From positions 414,697-478,696 of the forward strand of contig CAVWJI010000001.1 in the NCBI GenBank assembly GCA_963755425.1: a DNA stretch of 64,000 bases. Direction: 5' to 3'. The position numbers and the translations under genes were made by a program. Shown in pieces: positions 22,190 through 30,517 of this stretch. Under the pieces are notes generated by a model. The model was given only the letters and a program-made list of their open reading frames with translations, did not search any database and was not told where the DNA came from. Origin of the DNA: an uncultured Gemmatimonadales bacterium (GTDB lineage: Bacteria; Gemmatimonadota; Gemmatimonadetes; Gemmatimonadales; GWC2-71-9). Positions within the stretch are counted from its first letter, which is position 1. Every line of letters starts with the position of its first letter.

Positions 22190-23085
22190 GCCGCCGGCTC
22201 CTTTCCCGGAATGAAGATCGTGACTTGCGAACCGGGGAACCAGGGAAGGCCCTCCATCCGCGGCAACTCGTGGTCCCATTCGGGCACGATACTGACCCGG
22301 GCGGTGCCGCTGCGGATGGAGATCTTGCCCTGCCACCGGGCAAGATAGCGCTTGGTGCCGGCCAGCCCCTGGCCGCGCCCCGGATCGCGGAAGCGGGAGA
22401 CGCCGTGGATGAGTGCGCTCTCGATGGCCGTGCCGTCGTTCCAGCGGTCGCCGAAGCGCGTGGCCTGGGTCGCTTCGAGCGATCGGCGGAAGCCGATGCC
22501 GGCGTCGCTGACGGCGATCACCGCCACCTTCCGTCCCGACAGCCGCTGCCGGTAGGTATACACGTGGGCCATCACCCACCCGGGCGTGCCGGCGTGCTCG
22601 ATGATGTTCTGGCAGCTCTCCGACAGCGACTGGCCGAATCCGCCGACCACGCTGGCTTCCAGTCCCAGTTCGTTCTTGAGGATCCGGGTGGCGTGTTCGC
22701 TGATCCGCCCCACGACATCGTGCACGTCGTTGGCGGTGCCGATCGCGGTCACCGGGAGCAGGAGATCGCTCAGGTCGGTGCGGCGCCGCGGCACCTTGCC
22801 GTGCAGCTCGAACAGGTCGGCGGCGTACTGGAAGAAACCGGCCCTGGCCCAGTACGAGGCAATGCCCTCGCCAGCGGGAACCGCCAGTTGCGGTCGGGCG
22901 CCACCCTCGGCGACCACCGCCTGGCCGAGGGTGAGCAGCGCCACGAAGCCCGCGGGCGACGACCATTCGGTGGTGCGCGCATCGACCAGCAGCCGGTGGG
23001 GCGGCGGCCAGTCGCCGAGCGCCGCGGCGACCTGATCGAGGGACAGGTGATCGAGGAACTGCGGCACCCGCACGACGCGCATCAT
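22186..23085 (-). CDS. GHKL (histidine-kinase-like/RsbW-SpoIIAB-like) ATPase with ~130-aa N-terminal extension
   Basis: The ATG at 23085 overlaps the pfkB stop (ATGA). Bergerat-fold motifs are an N-box ESCQNIIEHAG, a G1 box VSDAGIGF and a G2 box GRGQGLAG. Confidence 0.65.
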   Translation of the reverse strand: MMRVVRVPQFLDHLSLDQVAAALGDWPPPHRLLVDARTTEWSSPAGFVALLTLGQAVVAEGGARPQLAVPAGEGIASYWARAGFFQYAADLFELHGKVPRRRTDLSDLLLPVTAIGTANDVHDVVGRISEHATRILKNELGLEASVVGGFGQSLSESCQNIIEHAGTPGWVMAHVYTYRQRLSGRKVAVIAVSDAGIGFRRSLEATQATRFGDRWNDGTAIESALIHGVSRFRDPGRGQGLAGTKRYLARWQGKISIRSGTARVSIVPEWDHELPRMEGLPWFPGSQVTIFIPGKEPAA

Positions 23086-24050
23086 GCCGACACCAGCTCG
23101 CCGCGCAGGTGTTGCGCCAGCGTGGTCGCGCCGCGGAAGCCGGCGTTGCGCGCCGCCGCGCGGTTGGCGGCGGCCAGCGCGTCGGCGACCGAATCGCCGG
23201 CGAGCAGTCGCGCGCAGCAGGTGGCGCCGAAGACGTCGCCGCAGCCGGTCGGGTCGATGGCGTCGACCGCCTCCGCCGCGACGCGCTCGGTGCGCGTGGG
23301 GCTGCGGTCGGCGGTGGCCGTGCGCGCCGTCCGCAGGTCGCCCCGCCAGCCGGTGAACCCGGGACGCGCCACGTAGATCACGCCCCGCGCGCCGACCGTG
23401 ATGTTGAGCAGGCTCACCCCCGCCTGCAGTGCCGCCGCGGCCACGGTGAGCGCGTCGTCTCCCAGCTCGCGCATCTCGTCTTCGTTGAGCTGTACCACGT
23501 CGAATTGCGCGAACCACGACGGCACGTCGGGGAGCGGCCGCAGGACCCGCATGCCGTCGGCGCCCATGCCGAGGAACAGCGAGTGCAGATCGGCATAGAT
23601 CGGTCCGTCGAAGCCGCGTCGCAGGGCCGCGGCCGTGCCGAGGGTCATCTCGAACCCTGAAATGAAGTTGACATAGAGCGCGTCGAGATCGGCGACCAGC
23701 GGCCCGAGTTCCGGCCACGTCCACGCCGGCACGCCACCGGACATCCGCTCGCAGCGCCGGGCGTTGACCTGATAACGCAGCGTCACGCGGTTGTTCGGCA
23801 CCGGCACTTCGATGAACCGCGCCCCGGGTGCCACCCGGCGCAGCGTCCGGAGGAACTCCGCCGCCTGCGGGGCGAGGTCGCGCCCCACCTTGATCAGCGG
23901 CACCAGCTCCCAGTCCGGCGGCAGGGCCGCGTCCATCGCCGCCAGCGCGTAGGCAATGCCGCCCCACTCCTCGATCGGCGGGGCCACCGGATCGCGACCG
24001 AAGATCTCGTCCCAGACCAGCGCCCCGACGACGCCGACGCGGCGGGTCAC
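23082..24050 (-). CDS. PfkB-family carbohydrate/nucleoside kinase
   Basis: The GTG at 24050 overlaps the ROK stop (GTGA). The C-terminal PfkB signature is DPTGCGDVFGA. The N-terminal 2/3 of ORF 23082..25964 is a GC artefact. Confidence 0.85.
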   Translation of the reverse strand: MTRRVGVVGALVWDEIFGRDPVAPPIEEWGGIAYALAAMDAALPPDWELVPLIKVGRDLAPQAAEFLRTLRRVAPGARFIEVPVPNNRVTLRYQVNARRCERMSGGVPAWTWPELGPLVADLDALYVNFISGFEMTLGTAAALRRGFDGPIYADLHSLFLGMGADGMRVLRPLPDVPSWFAQFDVVQLNEDEMRELGDDALTVAAAALQAGVSLLNITVGARGVIYVARPGFTGWRGDLRTARTATADRSPTRTERVAAEAVDAIDPTGCGDVFGATCCARLLAGDSVADALAAANRAAARNAGFRGATTLAQHLRGELVSA

Positions 24051-25024
24051 GGCGCCGGCCGCCGCTGGTCGAGGAACACGCGCGCGGCGCCGTAGACGCC
24101 GGCCAGTCCGTCGAGCGCTCCGGGGATGATCCGGCAGGCGTCCACCGCCGGCTTGAACGCCCGCCGCTCCACCTCGCGGCGCAGCGGCGCGAACAGGAGA
24201 TCGCCGGCGTGGGTCACGCCGCCCAGCACGACCACCACGTCGGGATTGAAGATGTTGACGAAGTTGGCGATGCCGATCCCGAGGTAGCGTGCGGTGTCGC
24301 GCGCCACGCGCGCCGCCAGTTCGTCGCCCTGGCCGGCGGCGTCGAACACCAGCTGCGCCGTGATCGCCGTCAGGTCGCCGCCGACCATCGCCAGCAACCG
24401 GCTTTCCCCGCCGCGGGCGAGCTGTTCGACGGCCCGCCGCGCGATGTTGCGTCCCGAGGCATACGCTTCGAGACAGCCGTGATTGCCGCAGGCGCATTTC
24501 GGGCCGTTGACGTCGATGGTGACGTGCCCGAACTCGCCGGCCGCGTCCGACGCGCCATGGTAGAGCCGGCCGTCGAGCACGATGCCGCCGCCGATGCCGG
24601 TGCCGATCGTCAGCCCGATCACGTAATGCGCGTCCTGCGCGGCGCCCACCCAGCACTCGCCCAGGACCGCCGCGTTGGCATCGTTGTCGATGAAGGTGGC
24701 CAGCCTGAGGCCTTCGGCCAGGCGGGCGCGGAGCGGCAGGTTGGTCCAGCCCAGATTCGGCGTCAGCAGCACGATGCCGCGACGGATATCGAGCGGGCCC
24801 GGCACGCCGACCCCGGCGCCGATCACTTCCGCTCCGGGGGTGTCCCGCTCCAGCCGGGAACGGGTCTCGGCCACCATCGCCACGAGGTGGGCGATGATGG
24901 CATCGGGACCGCGTTCGACGTCGGTGGGCTGGGACTGCGCGCCGACAACGCGCGAGCCGTCTTCGGCCACGGCACCGGTGACCAGGTTGGTGCCCCCGAT
25001 GTCGATTCCGATGACCCAGCGCAT
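24047..25024 (-). CDS. ROK-family sugar kinase (glucokinase-like)
   Basis: Intact 325-aa ORF with IGIDIGGTN, the ROK zinc motif CACGNHGCLEAY and GLTIGTGIGGG. Confidence 0.9.
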   Translation of the reverse strand: MRWVIGIDIGGTNLVTGAVAEDGSRVVGAQSQPTDVERGPDAIIAHLVAMVAETRSRLERDTPGAEVIGAGVGVPGPLDIRRGIVLLTPNLGWTNLPLRARLAEGLRLATFIDNDANAAVLGECWVGAAQDAHYVIGLTIGTGIGGGIVLDGRLYHGASDAAGEFGHVTIDVNGPKCACGNHGCLEAYASGRNIARRAVEQLARGGESRLLAMVGGDLTAITAQLVFDAAGQGDELAARVARDTARYLGIGIANFVNIFNPDVVVVLGGVTHAGDLLFAPLRREVERRAFKPAVDACRIIPGALDGLAGVYGAARVFLDQRRPAP

Positions 25025-26203
25025 TCACGCCGCTCCTGTGGGTAGCCGGCGTCCGGCGAGTACCGCATCGTAGACGTGGAGAAGCATCGGCGCCAGCGTG
25101 CTGCCGTCGAAGCGCGCCACGTAGCGACGCCCGGCCGCCGCCATCGCCGCGGCGTGATCGGGGTCGTCGAGCACCAGCCGGATGGCGGCGGCCAGCGAGA
25201 CCACGTCCGCGGCGGGGATATAGACCGTGGCCGGTCCCCCCGCTTCGGCCAGCGCCGGGGTGTCGCTGGCGATCACCGGCACGCCGGCGCTCATTGCTTC
25301 GACGATCGGCATGCCGAACCCCTCGGCGCGCGACGGAAAGAGAAAGAGCGCCGCGCCCTGCACCACGGCCGGGAGGTGCGCCGCCGGCACGTCGGTCCGG
25401 ATCAGCACCCGCTCGGCGACGTGGAGCGCCGAGGCCAAGAAGGTGAGCTTGCGCGCCATGCCGCGGTCGCGACCCACCAGCAGCAGTGGCGGCGTGGTTC
25501 CGGGGTCGAGTCGCGCCACGGCTGCGACGAGCGCCGCGTGGTTCTTCCGCTCTTCGAGGGTGCCGACCGACAGCAGATATCGGGGCGGCAGGCCGTGGCG
25601 CGCCAGCACGGCGAGGCGTTCGGCCGCCGGCACCGGGATCGCGAAGCGCGGATCGCGCGGCGGCGGGATGACGGCGATGCGTGACGATGGCACCGGATAG
25701 GCGGCCAGCAACGCGTCGCGGGTCGCCGCACTGACCGCCACGATCAGGTCGGTGTGTTCGATGCTCCACCCGTACCGCCACGCGTAGCTGCGGCGGTCGG
25801 CGGCGGGGAAGAACTCGGGGTGGCTGTGGTAGAGCACGTCGTGCACCGTCACCACCGACGGCACGCCGGTGGCGGGAAGATCGCGCGGCATCTCGTGGGT
25901 GAGGCCGTGATAGAGTTCGACGCCACGCGCCGCGGCGGCGCGGCCCAGCCGCCACGTCCGCCACATGGCCCGACCCAGCGCCGCCCGCGCCCAGCGCGGC
26001 GGCAGGAGCACCCCGGCGTCGAGTTCGCCGGGCAGCGCGCGGTAGGCCGCGGTCGGCGGCCGGGGGGTACAGAGCAGCAGGTCGAGCGACGGCTCGACCT
26101 GGTGCAGCGCGCGCAGCACGCCGCGCGCGTAATTGCCCAGGCCGGTGTCGTTGCGCAGCGCGCGGACGGCATCGAACCCGATACGCCGGCGGGGTGGCGT
26201 CAC
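25025..26203 (-). CDS. glycosyltransferase family 4 (GT-B, GT1/GT4 type)
   Basis: Intact 392-aa ORF with a GTG start and the motif PSRAEGFGMPIVEAMSAGVPVIASD. Confidence 0.9.
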   Translation of the reverse strand: MTPPRRRIGFDAVRALRNDTGLGNYARGVLRALHQVEPSLDLLLCTPRPPTAAYRALPGELDAGVLLPPRWARAALGRAMWRTWRLGRAAAARGVELYHGLTHEMPRDLPATGVPSVVTVHDVLYHSHPEFFPAADRRSYAWRYGWSIEHTDLIVAVSAATRDALLAAYPVPSSRIAVIPPPRDPRFAIPVPAAERLAVLARHGLPPRYLLSVGTLEERKNHAALVAAVARLDPGTTPPLLLVGRDRGMARKLTFLASALHVAERVLIRTDVPAAHLPAVVQGAALFLFPSRAEGFGMPIVEAMSAGVPVIASDTPALAEAGGPATVYIPAADVVSLAAAIRLVLDDPDHAAAMAAAGRRYVARFDGSTLAPMLLHVYDAVLAGRRLPTGAA

Positions 26204-26207
26204 GCCA

Positions 26208-28035
26208 TCAGTCGACCTGCAGGACGGCCAGGAACGCCTCCTGCGGAATCTCGACCGATCCCACCTGCTTCATCCGCTTCTTTCCTTCCTTCTGCTTTTC
26301 CAGCAGCTTCCGCTTCCGGGTGATGTCGCCGCCATAACACTTGGCCAGCACATCCTTGCGCAGCGCCGCAATGGTCTCGCGCGCGATCACCTTGTTGCCG
26401 ATGGCCGCCTGGATCGCCACCGGAAAGAGCTGGCGCGGAATGAGCGTCTTCAGCTTCTCGGCGATCTTCCGTCCCCAGTCGTACGCCTTGTCGCGATGAA
26501 TGATGACGCTGAAGGCATCGATCGGGTCGCCGTTGAGCATCATGTCGAGCTTGACCAGGTCGGCCTCGCGGTATCCCGCCATTTCGTAGTCGAGCGAGGC
26601 GTAGCCCCGCGACAGCGACTTCAGCTTGTCGTAGAAGTCGAGCACGATTTCGCCCAGCGGAAAGTCGAAGCTGAATTCGACCCGCGTCGGATCGATGTAG
26701 TTCATGCCGTGGTAGATGCCGCGCCGTTCCTGGCCCAGCTGCAGGATGCCGCCGATATAGTCGGCCGGCGCCATGATCCGGGCCCGCACGATCGGCTCCT
26801 CGATCCGGTCGATCACCGCCGGATCGGGCAGCGTGCTGGGATTCTCGACCACCGTCATGTCGCCGTTGGTGCGGAACACGTGATACTCCACCGTGGGGAC
26901 GGTGGTGATCAGGTCGAGCCCGAATTCCCGCTGCAGCCGCTCCTGCACGATCTCCAGGTGCAGCAGCCCGAGAAAACCGCAGCGGAAGCCGAACCCCAGC
27001 GCGGTGGACGATTCCGGCTCGTATTGCAGCGAGGCGTCGTTGAGTCGCAGCTTTTCCAGGGCGTCGCGCAGCCCTTCGTACTGGTCGGCGTCGGTCGGGT
27101 AGACGCCGGCGAACACCATCGACTTGACCTCGCGATACCCGGGCAGCAGCTCGGCGGCCCGGCGGTCGGCGTCGAACACGGTGTCGCCCACACGGGCGTC
27201 CCGCACGTCGCGGAGGTTGGCAATGCAGTAGCCCACCTCACCCGCCTCCAGCTGGGCGGTGGCCCGCTGGCCCAGCGCGAGCACGCCCACTTCGTCGAGC
27301 ACGTAGACGTCGTCGGGGTGGGCACCGAACGCCACCCGCATGCCCGGCGCCATGCTGCCCGTCGACCACCCGGACGCTGGGGATCACGCCGCGATAGCGG
27401 TCGTAGTACGAATCGAAGATCAGCGCCCGGAGCGGCGCGTCCCGGTGGCCGCGCGGCGGCGGAATCTTCGTCACGATCTGCTCGAGCAACGCCGGCACGC
27501 CGGTTCCCTCCTTGGCCGAGACCGACAGGATCTCTTCGCGCCGGGAGCCGATCAGTTCCATGATCTCGCGCGCCCGCTTCTCCGGTTCGGCGCTGGGGAG
27601 ATCGATCTTGTTCAGGACCGGGATGATCTCAAGCCCGGCGTCGAGCGCCAGGAAGAGGTTCGACAGCGTCTGGGCCTGCATTCCCTGCGAGGCGTCGACC
27701 ACCAGGATGGCGCCCTCGCACGCCGCCAGCGATCGCGAGACTTCATAGGTGAAGTCGACGTGCCCGGGCGTGTCGATCAGGTTCAGTTCGTACTCGGTGC
27801 CGTCCGCCGCGGCATACTGCATCCGCACGGCGTTGAGCTTGATGGTGATGCCCCGTTCGCGCTCGAGGTCCATCGTGTCGAGCAGCTGCTCCCGCATCTC
27901 GCGCTTCGGGACGGTGCCGGTCTGCTCGATGAGGCGGTCGGCCAGGGTCGACTTGCCATGGTCGATGTGCGCCACGATGCAGAAGTTGCGGATGCGGGAC
28001 TGGTCCATCGCCGGAATATAGAGGTCGTTGGTCAT
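26208..28035 (-). CDS. lepA: elongation factor 4 (LepA), one frameshift near 27355
   Basis: The N-terminus in ORF 27238..28077 has [29 protein letters not shown] and NKIDL. The C-terminus in ORF 26208..27353 has the LepA-specific tail ...[36 protein letters not shown]. The start is the ATG at 28035 or at 28008. Confidence 0.95.
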
Positions 28036-28038
28036 CGG

Positions 28039-28056
28039 TCGTGAGTCGTGAGTGAG
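28039..28056 (-). promoter_or_regulatory. CTCACGA heptad leader motif directly upstream of the lepA start
   Basis: The minus strand reads CTCA-CTCACGA-CTCACGA-CCG-ATG. The same heptad is repeated upstream of typA/bipA (43771-43812). No purine-rich SD is present. Confidence 0.4.
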
Positions 28057-28074
28057 GGTCTCGAGGCACCGGCC

Positions 28075-28215
28075 CATGGCTCATGGCTCATGGCTCATGG
28101 CTCATGGCTCATGGCTCATGGCTCATGGCTCATGGCTCATGGCTCATGGCTCATGGCTCATGGCTCATGGCTCATGGCTCATGGCTCATGGCTCATGGCT
28201 CATGGCTCATGGCTC
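28075..28215. repeat. perfect heptanucleotide tandem repeat (CATGGCT)x20
   Basis: 141 nt of uninterrupted CATGGCT units lie between the divergent lepA and EamA genes. They produce artefactual MAHGSWL-repeat ORFs in all three + frames. Confidence 0.98.
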
Positions 28216-28237
28216 CCGACTCCTATATTCCGCCCCC

Positions 28238-29140
28238 ATGTTTTCCAGGCACCGGATCTCTCCGTCCGCCGGCATGCTGCTCGTGGTGCTCCTCTGGGGC
28301 GGCAATTTCACCGCGGTCAAACTCGCCTTCACTCAGCTCGACCCGCTCGCGTTCACCGCCATGCGCTTTGCGCTGGGGTCGGTGGTGCTGTGGGGCGTGG
28401 TGCGCTGGCTGGAACGCCCCGAGCCGTTACCGCCGGGCGCGTTCTGGCCGCTCGTCTGGCTGGGGCTGATCGGCAACACCATCTACCAGGTCTGCTTCAT
28501 CCTCGGACTCGACCGCACGTCCGCCACGAAGAGTTCGCTGATCCTCGCGGGCATGCCGGCGATGGTGACGCTCGCCGCCTGGGTCCTGCACGTCGAACCG
28601 GTGACGGTGCGGCAGCGCTGGGCGGTGGTGGTGGCGACGGTGGGCGTCGTCGTGGTGCTGTTGGCCCGCGGGGGGACGCTGGGCTGGGGAATCGGCCCCG
28701 GCGAGCTGCTGCTGCTCGGCGCCAACATCCTCTGGGCCGCGTACACCCTGCTGCTGCGCCGCTGGGCGCTGCCGATGTCGCCGCTGCGGATCACCGCCTG
28801 GGTCACCTACACCGGCACGCCCGGGCTGCTGCTGCTCGGCTTGCCCGGACTGTTCCACACCCATTGGTCGGCGGTGTCGCTGGCGGGGTGGGGCGGCCTG
28901 GCCTACTCGTCACTGCTGTCGCTGGTGGCCGCCTACATCTTCTGGAATTACGGCGTGGCGATTCTCGGGGCTTCGCGGACCGTGGTCTACAACACCATCG
29001 TGCCATTGGTCGCCACCGTGATTGCGATGATCGGACTGGGCGAACGGCCCGGCGTCTTCCACCTGCTCGGTGGCGCGCTGATCATCGCCGGCGTGCTCAT
29101 GACCCGCCGCCCGCCCTCGACTGTCGACCCTCGACCCTAG
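28238..29140 (+). CDS. EamA/DMT-family transporter
   Basis: The ATG at 28238 starts MFSRHRISPSAGMLLVVLLWGGNFTAVK. About 10 TM helices form two EamA-like halves. Confidence 0.85.
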   Translation: MFSRHRISPSAGMLLVVLLWGGNFTAVKLAFTQLDPLAFTAMRFALGSVVLWGVVRWLERPEPLPPGAFWPLVWLGLIGNTIYQVCFILGLDRTSATKSSLILAGMPAMVTLAAWVLHVEPVTVRQRWAVVVATVGVVVVLLARGGTLGWGIGPGELLLLGANILWAAYTLLLRRWALPMSPLRITAWVTYTGTPGLLLLGLPGLFHTHWSAVSLAGWGGLAYSSLLSLVAAYIFWNYGVAILGASRTVVYNTIVPLVATVIAMIGLGERPGVFHLLGGALIIAGVLMTRRPPSTVDPRP

Positions 29141-29149
29141 ACCAATCTC

Positions 29150-29500
29150 TCACGCCTGCAGTTCCTCCAGCCGCGCCATCGCCCGGCGCAGGTGCGGGAT
29201 CACGATGCTGCCGCCCACGACGAGTCCCACGCCGAAGAGGTCGAGGAATTCCTCCCGGGTCACCCCCTCTTCGTGACAGCGCACCACGTGATAGGTGACG
29301 CAGTCGTCGCACCGCAGCACCAGGCTCGCCACCAGGCCGAGCATTTCCTTCACCTTCGTGCCGAGCGCGCCCGGTTCGTACGCCCGGTGGTCGAGGGCGA
29401 AGAAGCGGTTGATGGTGAGATTGCCGGCGCCGAGGATCACCTCGTTCATCCGGGTGCGGAATGCCTGGAAATCGTCGAGTGACACCGGTGAGTCGGCCAT
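29150..29500 (-). CDS. carboxymuconolactone decarboxylase (AhpD-like) family protein
   Basis: Intact 116-aa ORF with LVASLVLRCDDCVTYH (CxxC-type motif of the CMD/AhpD fold). Confidence 0.8.
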   Translation of the reverse strand: MADSPVSLDDFQAFRTRMNEVILGAGNLTINRFFALDHRAYEPGALGTKVKEMLGLVASLVLRCDDCVTYHVVRCHEEGVTREEFLDLFGVGLVVGGSIVIPHLRRAMARLEELQA

Positions 29501-29600
29501 GGCGTGGTTCCTTCGATGAGGAGGATCGGCGGGTGAAAGCTATCCGGAGCATGGCGGCGCGTTGACGGCTCCCCATCGGCACTCGTACGTTCCGGCCGCC

Positions 29601-30517
29601 ATGCCGCGCGCCCGTCGCGCCCAGGGTGCCGCCCGCCTGGACCTGCTCTCGCCCGCCGATGTCGCCCGGCTGGGCGGGCTCGAGGTCGCCACCAGCGGCA
29701 TCGTCGAGGGCTTCCTTGCCGGACTCCATCGGTCCCCGCGGCGCGGGTTCTCGGTGGAGTTCGCGGAACATCGCCAGTACCAGGCTGGCGACGAGCCGCG
29801 CTACGTCGATTGGAAGTTGCTGGCCCGCACCGACCGTCTCTACGTCAAGCAGTTCGAGGAAGAAACCGATCTCCGCGCCATGATCGTGCTCGACGCCAGC
29901 GCGTCGATGGCATGGAGCGGCAGCGCCGAGCGCCTCGCCAAGTACGATTACGCCCGTCGCCTCGCCGCCGCACTCGCGATGGTGCTGTTGCGCCAGCGCG
30001 ATGCGGTCGGCCTGATCACGTTCGACGAGGCGGTGCGCGACGTCCTGCCCGCCGCGCGCCCGCCAATCGCACTGGGACGTCGCTCGCCGCCGCCCTGATG
30101 GCGCGCTGCCGCCGGTCAGGGCACCGCCGCCGAACCGGCGCTCCGCCAGGTGGTCGGCGCGCTCCGCACCCGCGGATTGGTGGTGTTCGTCTCCGACCTC
30201 CTGCTCGATCGCGAGCTGGCGCTCAAGGCGCTCAAGTATCTCCGTCACCGCGGTCACGATGTGCTGGTGCTGCACGTGGCCGATCCCGGCCGAACTGGAA
30301 CTGGCGCGCGGCGGCGAGACGCGCTATCGCGATCCCGAGAACGCACCTCACCGTGACGCTCGAGCCCGACGAGTGGGCCGGCGGCATATCGCCGCACCGT
30401 CGCAGGCGGTGGTGCGCGCGTGGGGCGCGTCATGCCGTGCCGCGGGCGTGCGGTACGCGCTGGTCACCACCGATCAGCCGTTCGGGCACCGCGCTCGGCC
30501 GGGCGCTGCGGGCGTGA
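29601..30517 (+). CDS. DUF58-family (vWA-like, MoxR-associated) protein, split over 3 frames
   Basis: Conserved stretches are GLHRSPRRGFSVEFAEHRQYQAGDEPRYVDWK...YVKQFEEETDLRAMIVLDASASM, then LVVFVSDLL...LRHRGHDVLVLHVADP, then VRYALVTTDQPFG. An alternative TTG start lies at 29562. Confidence 0.75.

Noticed and set aside
28048-28469. Three overlapping ORFs encoding MAHGSWL repeats.
   Set aside because: They are an artefact of the 7-nt repeat, which reads as a 21-nt, 7-aa period in every frame. The real EamA gene starts at 28238. The repeat has no spacers, so it is not a CRISPR array either.
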